A DNA stretch of 64,000 nucleotides from Octopus sinensis (GCF_006345805.1 NC_043003.1:23002001-23066000); one strand, 5' to 3'. Counted from the first letter of the stretch, positions 1-12,978 are shown. Program-made: numbers and translations. Notes: generated by a model from the sequence alone, not told the origin.

Positions 1-179
1 TTTCACTTTTATGATTATACCCAGAGTGCTCTGATCGAATATGAACTGTCTTCCCATTGGCGGACGTTTGTCTTTTTTTATTTTTGAACCGAACACATTG
101 TCTCTTTCGTTTTAAAACAATAAAACCTTAATACATTGGTCCAACAAACAAAACATCACCCACTCTCATTCTTTTATGT

Positions 180-276
180 ATCTGAGAATGTGTGTCTGTC
201 TGTCTCCCTAAAACTTGAGAACTACACAACCAATTTCATTCAAATTTTACACATGACTTACTTAGGGTATAAGGAG
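180..276 (+). mobile_element. Fragment of a non-autonomous Helitron/DINE-like repeat (unclassified)
   Basis: tgtgtgtctgtctgtc...aacttgagaact...ccaatttcattcaaattttacac resembles subterminal text of invertebrate non-autonomous rolling-circle elements; family-level resemblance only. Confidence 0.3.
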
Positions 277-327
277 TCGGCTCGGCTCGGCTCGGCTCGG
301 CTCGGCTCGGCTCGGCTCGGCTCGGCT
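277..327 (+). repeat. (GGCTC)n pentanucleotide microsatellite
   Basis: About 10 perfect tandem units seen directly. Confidence 0.95.
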
Positions 328-1167
328 TAAGAATTATAATTACACAGAGAACTTTAGCGTGAAGGCAGCATATAAAAATAAAAAAACAACTCTTCCTCAA
401 TTGTTGGCAGTTTTACTTACTCCGCATTGCAACAAGATATGTCTTCGTTAAAGCAATTGCTCCCCCAAAGCAAATTAGATAAAATTTGACATGCGTGGAA
501 CGTCAAAGCTGCTAACAAAATCAGGACAGTCAAAATTTACGCTAAGGGCTGTTTAACCCTAACGAGGTGAACGCTGCAGAAAGAAAGCTTTGTCAAGAGA
601 CAGACGGGAATGCATGAACGAAAAGAAAAAGAATTACATTTAGAAATAGATCTATAGTTATTGAGGACAGAATTTCTGTTAGAAATAGAGAACTATAAAT
701 ATTGAATTATGCATAAAGCGCTGACTTACATTCGGGGCTTCCAATTTCTCTGTAAAATATAAGATTGTCGCAAAATCATCGCACATGTCACCATCGATTA
801 CAAATGCCGGTGGAAGATAAACGTTCCAGAGGACATTCTTGTTCTTTCGTTCGTACAAGGATCGTATTATGTTTCGGCTTAAAATAAATTATAGATACAA
901 ATATAATGTATAGAAATATATAAAAACCAGAATAGAATATAAACGTCTTAGGCATATAAAATGAGATATCAAGATGTTATAAACTTGAAACTTACTAGAA
1001 TGTCATAGATTATATATATCAAGTCATCCAGTCAGTTCTGTCCAATTTTACCTTTTTTTTAGATTTGAATGAAATTTAATAGTATTTGCAAATGTCTAAT
1101 TCAATGAAAAATTATTTTTATGCATTTGTGTACGTTTAAACTAATTCAATATTGTTTTACAAAATAA

Positions 1168-1975
1168 TAGACGGTGTCCACAAAGTCTGCGTACATGGGG
1201 ATTAACACATACTTTTAAAACAAAATAATTTTATTTAATTATAATGTTAATAAATAATATTTTCAAAGTGATTTCCATCATTTTCAATGCATAACTTGAT
1301 GCGCCTTGCAAAATTCAGGTGAACTTGATTAAATAAGTCTACATTGCCATCAATTTAAGCACACTGACTGGTAATGCGTTCTCTCATGTGTTTTAAATCT
1401 GTAATCTTTATTGAGTAAACTTTCTCTTTCAACATACCCCAGAAAAAGAAATCAAGGGGAGAAAGGTCTGGTGAACGAGGGGATCATTCCATATGACCCC
1501 TTCTTCCAATCTAGTGAGGAGGAAAAGTGTCATTGAATCAATCTCTAACAGTTGTGGCAAAATGGGTAGGGGCCCCATCCTGCTGAAACCAATTCGGAAG
1601 GCCCTCGCCTAGGCGCTCAATTTAAGATATTAATTTGTCTCTCAATATATTTGCATAAGTCTCATCCGTTACATGTTCAATGAAGAAGGGTCCTAGAACA
1701 TGAGCTTTCCAAAAACCACACCACACCATCACCTTTTTGCTGTCTTGCTGTTTGGATAGATCCATCCAATGTGGATTACCTCGAGACCAGTATAGAAGAT
1801 TCTGTCTGTTGACCTCACCATTTACATAAAACGTAGCTTTGTCACTGAACAACACAAAGTTTTTCATAAAATTGATATTTTCATCCAATTTATTCGTCTA
1901 TCAGGATCGTCTTAATTTAAGTGATGCAATATCTGTAGGTTGTATCGATGAAACTTTTCCTCAACCAGCATTTTG
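1168..1975 (-). mobile_element. Decayed Tc1/mariner transposon, rosa (DD41D) type; 5'-truncated, with one terminus
   Basis: Minus frame: FSDKATFYVNGEVNRQNLLYWSRGNP...KVMVWCG...GPFF...WFQQDGAPTHF...SPDLSPLDFFFWG; 41 residues between the 2nd and 3rd catalytic Asp; four in-frame stops plus a frameshift; TIR-like TAGACGGTGTCCACAAAGTC at 1168. Confidence 0.9.
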
Positions 1976-2054
1976 TGGATGGTTGGTTTTGGAACACCTA
2001 ACACCGTAGATGTCCGACGAAGTGATTTTTGGGGGCTAGCTAGCAGAAACTTTA

Positions 2055-2151
2055 GGCAAAGTCGACCTCGGCGGAACTTGAACTCAGAACGTAGACGAAA
2101 TACTGCTAAGCATTTCGCCCGGCGTGCTAACGCTTCTGCCAGCTCGCCGCC
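2055..2151 (-). mobile_element. SINE family A, partial
   Basis: ggcaaagtcgacctcggcggaacttgaactcagaac...ctgccagctcgccgcc, matching many other copies in the window. Confidence 0.85.
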
Positions 2152-2704
2152 TCTTGCATATAAATCTATGTGCGTATATAGACACAGTTATACATACACA
2201 TACCTAGTCATGTATGGCTACACACACTAACACACACGTACACATACACATGCAAGTAGTCACACGAGTGTACACACAACCACACACATACGCACGCACA
2301 CACACACACATACACACTCGCACGCACGCACATAATCTCCTTTCCTCTCACCCTTATTCTTCTAAGCAAACACACATCTACACACACATAGAAAGGCATG
2401 CATGCACGCAGACATAAGATTAATTCGCGGCCAAATTTCAGGGCAGACGTTGAAGAGAAAGGACAAGCTATTGAAAAGGTCGCGAAAAATGGCGACGAAC
2501 GGACTTTCACGAAGAAATAAAACTTTGATTGTTTAACCAAACAAACGATCGATTACGAAGTTGGTCAGATGTGTAACCATATCGTTATTGGCATAATGAC
2601 CCTCCCAAGAATCAACAAGATGTATGTGTGTATACGTGTGTGAGTGTGTGTGCGTATGTGTATATATATATATGTGTGTGTGTATATGTATGTGTGTGTG
2701 TGTG

Positions 2705-2835
2705 GCAAAAACAGACCGATAGAATAAGTATTAGGCTTACAAAGAATAATCCCTAGAGTCGATTTGCTCGACTAAAGGCAGTGCTCCAGCATAGTCAAAG
2801 TCAAATGACTGTAACAAATAAAAGAATAAAAGAGT
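2705..2835 (+). mobile_element. SINE family B, 3' part
   Basis: accgatagaataagta...gatttgctcgactaaaggc.gtgctccagcat matches the 3' half of the full copy at 7355-7742. Confidence 0.8.
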
Positions 2836-2844
2836 ATATATATA

Positions 2845-3330
2845 TACTAGCAGTGTCGCCCGGCGTTGCTCGTGTTTGTAAGGGAAATAACTATATAAGC
2901 ATTTTTAGAGATGTAAAGTATAATAGCCATCTCAATATGGCTAACCACAAAGGGGGAGTGTTACTGTAGCTTTTTACATTCTGAGATTTAATAATACATT
3001 TTTAGAGAGTTACTTCCCTTATATAAACCGAGCGAAAATGCATTAAAAATGCGGAAAAAATTATGGTAATTTTTTTTAAAATCGTAAACTCATCGTAGAC
3101 GTGCGCTAATACACAGAAAGGCTCGATATGAATCACGACTATAAGATACCCGCTTTTGGTTACACTGCACCGCAAAATGAGGGAGTAGTTAGGAATCTAA
3201 ATCATAGGAGACGGACGTCACAGAAGGTAAACAACAGGAAATACGAAATACGAAAATATGGAATACGAACTTTTTTTGCGAACAGCGAAAGAAACAATAG
3301 TATCGATAATGCCCGAAATTGCGTTTGACT
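2845..3330 (+). mobile_element. Non-autonomous Helitron-like element, copy 1
   Basis: Begins TACTAGCAGTGTCGCCCGGCGTTGCTCG; near-identical 5' region in copies at 5534 and 19495; start resembles Lep1/HINE-type rolling-circle elements. Confidence 0.65.
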
Positions 3331-3739
3331 CCTCTTGCTGATAACTGATGAAGAATTTGTGGCCTTGTGTGTTTTCTGTTCGCCTGTGCATTAAGTATGT
3401 GTTCGTTTGTTTATTTACAATACGTTTATTTTTAATTATATATATATAGATATGTCATATTTTCCGTTTGTTGTCTTTTTATTTAATCCTGAAGATATTA
3501 TTTATGTAACGCACGCACTCATTAATCTTTTACCTATATATATATGTGTGTGCGTGTGTATGTGTGCGTGTGTGTGTGTGTGAGTGTGTTGTGTGTGTGT
3601 GCGCGCGCGCGCGTGTGTGTGTGTAGTTCAAATTTACAGAAAACAAACGACGAAGACAGGTGAAAGAACAACAAGCAGAGTTTGAAGGTTTTTTAGTTAT
3701 AGAAATCGCCCTCAGGACTTACTCTTTGGAACCTGTAGT

Positions 3740-4100
3740 GATCCTATACAACGGTGCGCGCGCGCGCCGCCCTTTTCTGTTTCGCGCGTGCGGGATTGGT
3801 GCTTTCACCAAGGCAGAGGGGAGGGGCCCTCTCGCGCATGCGCGAAGATCGGAAGAGGGAATTTGCTGACGTGGCAGTTAGCCGAGGCGAGGGAGCGTAG
3901 AAACCTTGACCACCTGGGCGTTCGGAGAGATATAGCAGCAGTAGGCGGCGACTTGAGGCACAGCGATCGAAGGCACCAGACGTGTAATTCTCTCTCTCTC
4001 CGGATTTGATATAGCAGCAGTCAGCAGAAGACTTTCAACCTGACATTTGTTGCAGACCACATCATCTTCTCCCTCCGGACGCCATTTTGACCAGTTCTGT
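3740..4100. promoter_or_regulatory. CpG-rich promoter-like island with NRF1-, CRE- and YY1-like motifs
   Basis: Local GC/CpG enrichment in an otherwise AT-rich window; palindrome TCGCGCATGCGCGA (about 3831-3844), TGACGTGG (about 3867), GCCATTTTG (4081-4089); not recognisable as a repeat. Confidence 0.5.
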
Positions 4101-4432
4101 TTTTAGCGGCTGAACATTGTAAAATCTTACAAGCGATAAAGTTTCAGCTCTGACACATCCATACCAAGCGGAACCAGATATACCACTTATTTCTTACCGT
4201 TATAAGAGAATAAAGTATATATATTTTTTACGTTTGCGTCTTGTTGTTTCTGACTGGTAGAATCTGGATATTAAAGCAACGGTAATTTGTATGCACCAGT
4301 TGCACTCTAAAAGTGCATGAAGCTACACGTTCCCGTTACACACCCTAGCACTTATTCTATCGGTTTCTTTTTCCAAAACGCTAAGCTACGGGGACGTGTA
4401 TATATATACATATATATATACATATATATATA

Positions 4433-4620
4433 GGCGTAGGAGTGACTGTGTGACAAGAAGTTTGCTGCCTGGTCACTAGGTCAAATAGATTTGGACGATG
4501 GAAAAAGCCCGTCGTATATACGTGTTTGTGGGCCGGAGGGGGCTAGCTTCGTGCTTGTCCCAGACAACCGCTTGTTGACTTCCTTTCCATCCCGCAACTT
4601 AGAAGTTCGACGAAATTAAC
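4433..4620 (+). mobile_element. SINE family B, degraded
   Basis: ggcgtaggagtgactgtgtgacaagaagtttgct...ggatttggac..ggaaa..gcccgtcgtatata. Confidence 0.7.
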
Positions 4621-4874
4621 CGATAGAATATGTCGAATGACTGAGACAAGTAAATGTTTTTTTTAGATATATCGTAGTAATATCTAATGTAGTTGTGGTT
4701 TACAACCAGTCAGGACGTTACCATTGGTTTCACACTTTTTATACTCTTAGCAATATAGACGTCTCCCACGGCTAAGAACGTAAAAGGCGCGAAAGCAAAG
4801 GTGACTCCCTGACTGGCCATACCAGCCACATAGTTTCGGGTTCATTCACACTGCGTGGCACCTTAGAACCTAGG

Positions 4875-4995
4875 GTTGGATTCAAAATTCTACCAGGACA
4901 CCTGATGAAGGCTGGAGAGTAAATCAGACGAAATTTTGTGGTAGCAACAAACAAGATGAGGACAAATATCCGTCCAATGTAAAAAATGTAAATAT
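4875..4995 (+). mobile_element. Penelope-like element terminal (pLTR) fragment with a degenerate minimal hammerhead
   Basis: acac-CTGATGA-AGGCTG..CAGAC-GAAA-tttt-gtggt layout at 4898-4942. Confidence 0.6.
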
Positions 4996-5533
4996 TGTAC
5001 AGAATTCCTCATCTCTAAAATATAGAACAATTATGATTGTTTCAAAATTCCATGTTGACTTAATCTTGCATCGTGTTTTAAACGACTCCACAATTAATGA
5101 TGTAGTCATATCCGTTGTACAGATACCCCGTTCATAGAAATGATCCCTCGCAACTCTCTACAAAAAATAATATGCTGAAGTGTTTGTCTATCGCTTAAAT
5201 ATAGGACATTAATCAATGTTTATAGTGGACGGCACAGCGGTCACGTTTATAAACATGACTGAAGATAAGTCAAAATGAATTTGTAGTAGAAATAATTGTA
5301 AACTATGAAACAAAAATAATAACGCAAACTCCACTTTTCAGTGCTTATTACTTCTGTAACCCCTCAGAGGAAACATGACTCCTCCTTCACTCCTCTCCAC
5401 CCTTCATTTATGGTTGAGAATAATTCTATAATTGTTGTAAACTGGAATGGAACTTACTCTCTTTCTGCTCACATCCATTCACCATTTAATGCTACTTGCT
5501 TCTTTGCATCTTTTAGAGAGATAGATTAGATAT

Positions 5534-5925
5534 AACTAGCAGTAGTATCGCCCGGCGTTGCTCGGGTTTGTAAGGAAATAACTATATAAGCATTTTAGAG
5601 AGTTATAGCCAAAAAATAGCAAAAAAATGCATTAAAAATGGAAAAAAATGATGGTAAATTTTTTTTAAATCGTTGACTCATCGTAGACATTTTTAGAGAG
5701 TTACTTCCCTTATATAATATCGAAAAAATGCATTAAAATGGGAAAAAATGATGGTAAATTTTTTTTAAATCGTAGACTCATCGTAGACGCGCGCTAATAC
5801 CCAGAAGGGCTCGATATGAATCACGACTATAAGATACCGGTTTTGGTTAAACGCACCGCAAAATGTGGAGTAGTAGTTAGGAATCTAAATCGTAGGAGTC
5901 AGACCACAAACCTCTCTTTATATAT
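5534..5925 (+). mobile_element. Non-autonomous Helitron-like element, copy 2, with an internal ~105-bp tandem duplication
   Basis: Same 5' end as 2845; the block ttttagagagtta...gactcatcgtagac occurs twice. Confidence 0.65.
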
Positions 5926-5989
5926 AAAGTAAACTCAAAGAGCAACTAGAAAGTGAAAGTAGTTTCTAACTTAGGATGTCTCATAGATA

Positions 5990-6375
5990 GTGGTGGCAAT
6001 GGTGTTGGAGGTGGTAGATGTGGTTATCATGGCAGTGGTGGTGTAGTGGTGACAGTGGATGTGTATGATGGTAGAAATATAGTGTTGGTGTTTTTGTAGA
6101 GGTGGTGGTGGTGGTGGCGGCAGTGGATGATGATGATATTGATGATAGTAGTAGTAGCATTGATTATGTTAGGATGTCTCATGGATGGTAGAGTTGAAGA
6201 CATTGCAGAGTGTAGTGGTGGTGTGAAAATGGTGATTTGAATATGATGCTGGTATTGATTTGGGGTTGTGGTTGCAGAAGATGGTGTGGTGGTGGATTCG
6301 AGGTTGTAGTAATGGTTGTAGTGGGGTTGTGAAGATGATCTGATATGATAGTCTTTGCATTGAGGTGGTGGCAGA
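5990..6375 (+). repeat. Degenerate (GGT/GAT/GTA)n low-complexity tract
   Basis: Trinucleotide-derived purine-rich runs; ttaggatgtctcat occurs at about 5971 and 6169. Confidence 0.8.
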
Positions 6376-7354
6376 GTCCAGAGTAAAATAATAAGAGCCG
6401 AGTTAACACAAGATTCTTAAATTTCGGAGATCATAAGATAGAGGCAAGAAGTTAAAAGTTCCAATACTGGCCCAATACCTACACCCCAGATTCTTCAACT
6501 ATTTTATAAGAAAGGGGTTAAGGCAAGGCAGGATAGGGATTCAGCTTTAAAATAAATTGTAAACAAAAAATACATAAATAAATTACTGCTCCAACGATGT
6601 AATTTTAGTATGTGTGTATGTATGTATGTGTTTGTGTGTAAGCAATGCAAACAAGGAAAATAATTAAACACTCATTTTCTGATGTCTAAAGATGGATATT
6701 TATGCGTATGAATCTTTTTCTTTTTATTTTCTTGAAATATAATTCTAGGGAACTGAAAAAGCTGTGTACGATGCAAGCGAATTTAGCTATTTACGATGAG
6801 CGGATGTGTTACGTAAAACGAATCTGTAGGTCTGTTTACATGTTTACGTTACTACGTCACAAAATAGCTGTGTTTACGTCACAGTAACAATATTTTGAGA
6901 AGCAGTAAATAATATGAGGCCGAAAGAAAGAATATCATTGGTTAAAATTCGAATTTTTAAACAACGTTAAACTTAGAAATTACAATTCCGTTTTCATTTT
7001 GGTTTACAATTATGTTTTCTTTTGACACATTCTACCAGTATACGAAGTTTCAAATTGTTTAGTTAACTAGGAAAATCTGGCCTTCAAACTGAAAAGATCC
7101 AATAATTGCTTGCGCATATTTTGACATGTATTTTATTTGTATCATACAAATATGATTATATTTTTTCGAACGCAGAATTGCCTAAGAACAGCAGAATTAT
7201 CGGTACGTGGTTGGTTGTTGATAAATGTTTCCACTTTGTAAGGGTAATTTACCCAGTATTTCTGCCGTTGTTTCGAAAAAATATAATCTTATTTGTATCG
7301 TACAATACACATTTCGACGCTCCTAATTAAAAACATAAACCAAATATTTGTTTA

Positions 7355-7742
7355 CAGGAGTGGATGTGTGGTAAGTAGCTTGCTTACCAACCACATGGTT
7401 CTGGGTTCATTCCCACTGCGTGGCAACTTGGCCGACCATAGCCTTGTGAATGGATTTGGTAGAGGGAAACTGAAAGAACCCCGTCGTATATATGTATTTG
7501 TATATATGTGTGTGTGTATGTATATGTTTGTGTGTCTGTGTTTGTCCCCCAACCTTGCATGACAATCGATGTTGGTGTGTTTACGTCCCTGTAACTTAGC
7601 GGTTCGGCCTAAGAGACCGATAGAATAAGTACTATCCTTACAAAGATTAAGTCCTGGGGTCGATTTGCTCGACTAAAGGCGGTGCCCCAGCATGGCCGCA
7701 GTGAAATGACTGAAACAAATAAAAGAGTAAAAGAGTAAAGAG
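7355..7742 (+). mobile_element. tRNA-derived SINE family B, near full length
   Basis: Head with pol III A/B-box-like motifs (tgtgtggtaag...gggttcattcc), internal (TG/TA) microsatellite, conserved 3' half ending taaaagagtaaaagag; more than 10 partial copies in the window. Confidence 0.85.
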
Positions 7743-8227
7743 TAATTTATACACATATGGTTATTTTATTTGATTTTTCACTTCAGTAGAGGTTTGTTGG
7801 TTTACAAGTCCTTAAAAAAAACAAGCTTTTTTATACGTTCGCTGGAACTAAATCGACTGAAATTGAGGTTAGTTTCTTTTTTTCTATTAATTTCCTTAAA
7901 AAGCGATGTGAATGCGAAAAAGACGTAATTCGAAACGACTTGAGGTGGTGAGATATGGTTGTAGTTTGAATTCCGTGTACTTAACGACTGTATCATCAGT
8001 TTGCAATATCGAATTTAATTCTTTTAACTGCCTTATCGTTCAAATAAATGTCCAAGACCCACATATCTGTTTACTAACGCCTTGGTAGCGTGAGTGAGCA
8101 ACGTATTTTGCAACTACCAGGTTTCGAGTTCAGTTTCATTGCGCAGCACATTGAGGGTAATGTCTTCTACTAGATACCACGGCCAATCACTACTTAATTT
8201 CGAGTGAAACAGTATAATAATAAAAAG

Positions 8228-8625
8228 AATTGATTCCAAATTATGGCACAAGGACAGCAATTTTTTAGGTCTGGTGTAAGTTGATTATATCGATCTCAGT
8301 GTTTAACTGGTACTTCTTTAGTCGTTAACGGGGTACTTTTATCGAACTCGGTGGCATCAGAATGTAAGGACGGACGAAATGCCTCTAACAATATTAAGCA
8401 TAAGGCCTGAAATATTGGGCGAGGGACTACAAGATAAACAAGGACGGACAAACGGATTAAGTCGATTACATCGACCCCAGTGCGTAACTGGTACTTAATT
8501 TATCGACCACAAAAGGACGAAAGGCAAAGTCGACCTCGGCTGAATTTGAACTCAGAACGTAACGGCAGACGAAATACGGCTACGCATTTCACCCAGCGTG
8601 CTAACGTTGCTGCCCGCTCGCCGCA
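8228..8625 (-). mobile_element. Two adjacent SINE family A copies
   Basis: aaggcaaagtcgacctcggctgaatttgaactcagaac and a second degraded copy with a tatggcacaagg tail. Confidence 0.8.
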
Positions 8626-9976
8626 TTTAACTGTAAGCTGAATATCAAGTGACCAACTTCACCGTCTAGTAGAAGCCAATAGAAATTTTGGATAGCAAGC
8701 ATTATTGTTGGATAATAAAGTTTTGATATTATGTCTTTAGTTTGTTTGAAGGAATACTTGTGCAACTAATATTTTCATTCAAAATTTATCTTATTTTAGC
8801 CTTCCGAGAAGAGCCTGTAGAGCATCAAGCTTCTCTAAATATTCAAAGAATTTTGCCATTAAAATGTCAGATAACAAGAAGAGGTTAAAATTAGTTGAAG
8901 ATTTAATAGCTATAAATTCAAAATGAGAAAAGATAATGCTCATCGCTTATAAAATTTCATATTTTCGTGAAATACAAACAACATTAAAACCAACAAAAAT
9001 ATAAGCAAAATGGAATTTGCTAAGAGATTCAAGCAAAAAGTAAAATAGCCAGTATCATAACTAGGCTTTAGCGATAAAATTTGATTTCGCTTTTATAGGT
9101 TTACGCTGATGGCAGCAACAGCGAAGATATATTAGAAATGTTGGTGTCAATGTCTTTGCCCTCATTAAATATATAATATATAATAACATACGCTAAGAGA
9201 AAAATGTGTATGGAAGCGTGGAAGCGAAACTGCTATGGAGCTTTTGACAAGTGAAATCTGCGGGATGGTTGAAATAGGAAGATGAAACATTTATTAGTAT
9301 GTATTTTTTTATAGCTTCAATTCTAGCCATTGCCTTATAGTACAGAAAGGAAAGAATCACGACGGACGACCTTCAGTCAATATCTGTGACAGATTACAAG
9401 ATGTTGGTGGATCTAGCCAATGAAGAAATTGACAGAATATTTTGCCATGGAAGTATGAGCAAATATAAGCGTATATACACAAGCACATACATGCATACAC
9501 ACACATACGCACGCACACACACACACACACATACATATGTATATATATATATATCCGTCTTGCGCTTTTCTGTTTTTTATATCCTTCAGAATTTCTTCCA
9601 AACGTTACCCACCAGTCTTTCCTTTTGGCCAAAAGGCCGTATGTTGCTCCTTTCCTATTTATTTTGTCGATGCCCCTTTTTAGTCGCTTTTTTGTCTGTG
9701 TTGTACACATTCGTTTGATTTCTTCAAAAAATTTAATGCTCTTAGCTTAGATTTTAGGGGCCTACCAATTTTGAACAGTCTTAAGTGCAACAGGCCGAAA
9801 CTGTAATGATAAGTGGAAATTTGACTGATAAATAGAAGACCATGTACAACCTGTCCTGACATTTCCTGTCCGACTTTGTACCTCCTATCTGTCCATATGT
9901 TTTTATTATCGTCAGTTACGTTCTTATTCCGTTTATTATATATATATATATATATGTTTGTGTGTGCGTGCGCGCG

Positions 9977-10016
<40 letters not shown>

Positions 10017-10612
10017 TCACTGATATTCAAACTTAGTCTGAATGTCACGTTTTATCATTCACGATTTTTACAATTTTACATTATTATAAAATATATATTT
10101 ATTGTGATATCACAATAAATATATAATATTCTATTATTACAATATTGGAAAATTGTAAAAATTATTAAAGATAAAACGTGAAAATCAGACTAGGTTGGAA
10201 TTTCATTAATATATTCTTCTATACACAATCATACAAACTTGGATACAGACACACACTCATACACACATACTCATATATACACACACATATACATCTATTT
10301 TTCGGATACAATATTTACACGAAATTACATACACATAAAATGCATACACACACACATATACACAAATTCGTCATAATACTCTGCCATGGATAGAGAATAT
10401 ACGTGGAAAAGAAATGAAATCAATATACTACACATGCAGAGTCGATATTTCTTTTATTAACAAGGTGATGTCGTACAATGGTACACTTATTTCAGTGCAT
10501 TTGTGTATCTCTTCAAAGTCCAGACTGAATCAGTTTGCCGTTTGATGTGATACACAAATACATTGAAAAAATTGCACTACTGAAAGAAAGATATCCACTG
10601 CTTATTAATAAC

Positions 10613-10613
10613 G

Positions 10614-10681
<68 letters not shown>

Positions 10682-10693
10682 GCTACTACTACT
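10613..10693 (+). repeat. (CTA)n microsatellite
   Basis: Tandem ctacta run with a single interruption; explains the poly-Thr ORF. Confidence 0.95.
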
Positions 10694-11160
10694 AAATCAG
10701 TAGCGTTTATGGAAATGATTTTTCTGCTTTTTTGATGAGAACAAGAAAGAGAACTTCAAAACTTTCGATTGATCGTAAAATGGAATCGAATGCCACAGAA
10801 ATATGATTTAGATGGTAGGTATTTATGATTACAATTCCATTCGTGTTTCCGTATTATTTGACTTCGTTAGCGAACTAAAGTCGTTAGAAAGCATCCTGAC
10901 ATCAGAACTATATGCAGAATTCATTTGTTTAGCGTGAAAATATTAACTTGATTAGACTCCTAAGAATAATTATGTATAAATATCTCAAGACAGCTTTCTG
11001 TATACAAAATATGTAGCTAAATGCAGGATAGCAGGACTGATATAGTATTTCGGATGTGGCTGTGCGGTTAAGAAGATTGTTTCCCAAGTCTTGTTTCCTG
11101 TGCTAACTCCCAATGAATGGCACCTTGGGCAAGTGTCTGTTATTAGAGTTACGATCTGAA

Positions 11161-11353
11161 AAGGCGGGGAGCTGGCAGAAACGTTAGCACGCCGGGCGAA
11201 ATGCGTAGCCGTGGTCAACTTTGCCTTTCATCCTTTCGGGGTCGATAAATTAAGTACCAGTTGCACACTGGGGTCGATATAATCGACTTAATCCGTTTGT
11301 CTGTCCTTGTTTGTCCCCTCTGTGTTTCGCCCCTTGTGGGTAGAAAAGAAATA
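11161..11353 (+). mobile_element. SINE family A with extended Tx1-like tail and a perfect 20-bp TSD, nested in a SINE B
   Basis: TSD TATTAGAGTTACGATCTGAA at 11141-11160 and 11354-11373; SINE B sequence on both sides. Confidence 0.9.
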
Positions 11354-11426
11354 TATTAGAGTTACGATCTGAACAAAGAATGGTGAACGGATTTGGTAGA
11401 CAACGGGATAAGGATGAAGCCCTTGT

Positions 11427-11504
<78 letters not shown>

Positions 11505-12213
11505 GTTCTGCCTGTGTGCCTGTCTGTCTGTCAGTCTATCGATCTATCGATATCTGCTTATGAATGTATATATATAAATGAGTGTTTCTGTGTGTCTGTG
11601 AGTGCGTGCGTGTGTGTTTGTGTGCGTGTCTTTGTGTGTGTGTGTGTGTGTTTGTGTCTTTGTGTGTGTGTGTATTCGTGTTTATTCCTGATGACCACTT
11701 GACTACCAGTGTTGGTTTGTTTATTTTCTCCTAATTTAACGGTCCGGTAAAAGATACAGATAAAATAGGTACTGGGCTCAAAACTAAGCAATGGGTTCGA
11801 TTCGATACGCTAAAACCTTCAAGGCTGCAGTCCAATGATTGAAACACAAAAACACTCAGCAGAATAGCATAATTTAGCTTAGTTGATATATGTTTGTCAC
11901 ATATTTGAAGCTGTAGCTTTATTAAGTTCGTTCAGAGTTGCCTCTCTTAGGTACATCCCAGTGACAAGAGATGGCGTCACTGAACGAACTGGGTATTTTC
12001 ACACCTTTATACCATGAGAGAAATTTTTCTCCATGGTAACTGCAGTGTATTTGCCTTTAGCAGTTGAAATATGTGTTAAACGAGAGAAAATTTCAATGAT
12101 TTCGATTAACCAAAATAAATATAGTTTGAATGCTTGGATATTTGTTTTGGAGCTGCTATGTAATCTTGTACCCGTCTGGTAATAGAGAGGAAGCAATCAT
12201 GTAAGCATATTCA

Positions 12214-12246
<33 letters not shown>

Positions 12247-12266
12247 ATGTATATGTACATACATGC

Positions 12267-12313
<47 letters not shown>

Positions 12314-12438
12314 TATATATATATATAATATATATATATATATATACATGTATATATATATATTATATTATATATATATATATATAATATATATAATATA
12401 TATATCTGTATATGTACATACATGTATGTATATATATA

Positions 12439-12471
<33 letters not shown>

Positions 12472-12978
12472 ATATGGCCATTATATGTTTATGGATCTAT
12501 ACATTCATATATGCCATGCGAAAGTGTATACGTATAATCATGTGTGCCTCTTTATAAACACAAAGATATATGCAGTCACACGAAGTATGTATAACATTAT
12601 TCACATCTACTCCCCTACAGACATATACATTCAATTGTGAAGATTTAGCATCGGCTCGTTTCCTGATATATGTTTGCAAATGTGTACGTTTGCTTATAAA
12701 CGGATATGCCAGACTGTGTGCGCATGTTGAATTTTGCGTGAGTATAAGCGCGGGGTAGTGTCTGTGTAGCTAGGTATATGGTGAACTTGCCTGTTTGAAT
12801 AAATATAACGTTAATTAGAACAAGGGAATGGTAATAAAGTGAGGTAATGCATCTTCATACCGCAATAACCAAATAGATTTCCTCGGAGGACTTCTAAATT
12901 CGTAGACCCTCAAACGCATCTAGATTTAATCGGTACCATAAACTTAGGATGATATCTATTACTTAGTACAAGTAGTAC

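Noticed and set aside
1450-1590. Idea that A-to-I editing could restore the three Trp-to-stop codons of the transposase
   Set aside because: An additional TAA stop, a frameshift and 5' truncation make the ORF unrecoverable
3310-3360. GAAA...CTGATGA arrangement (possible type II hammerhead)
   Set aside because: Flanks cannot form stem II
9357-9862. Minus ORFs with faint LINE-RT flavour
   Set aside because: No diagnostic RT motif could be aligned
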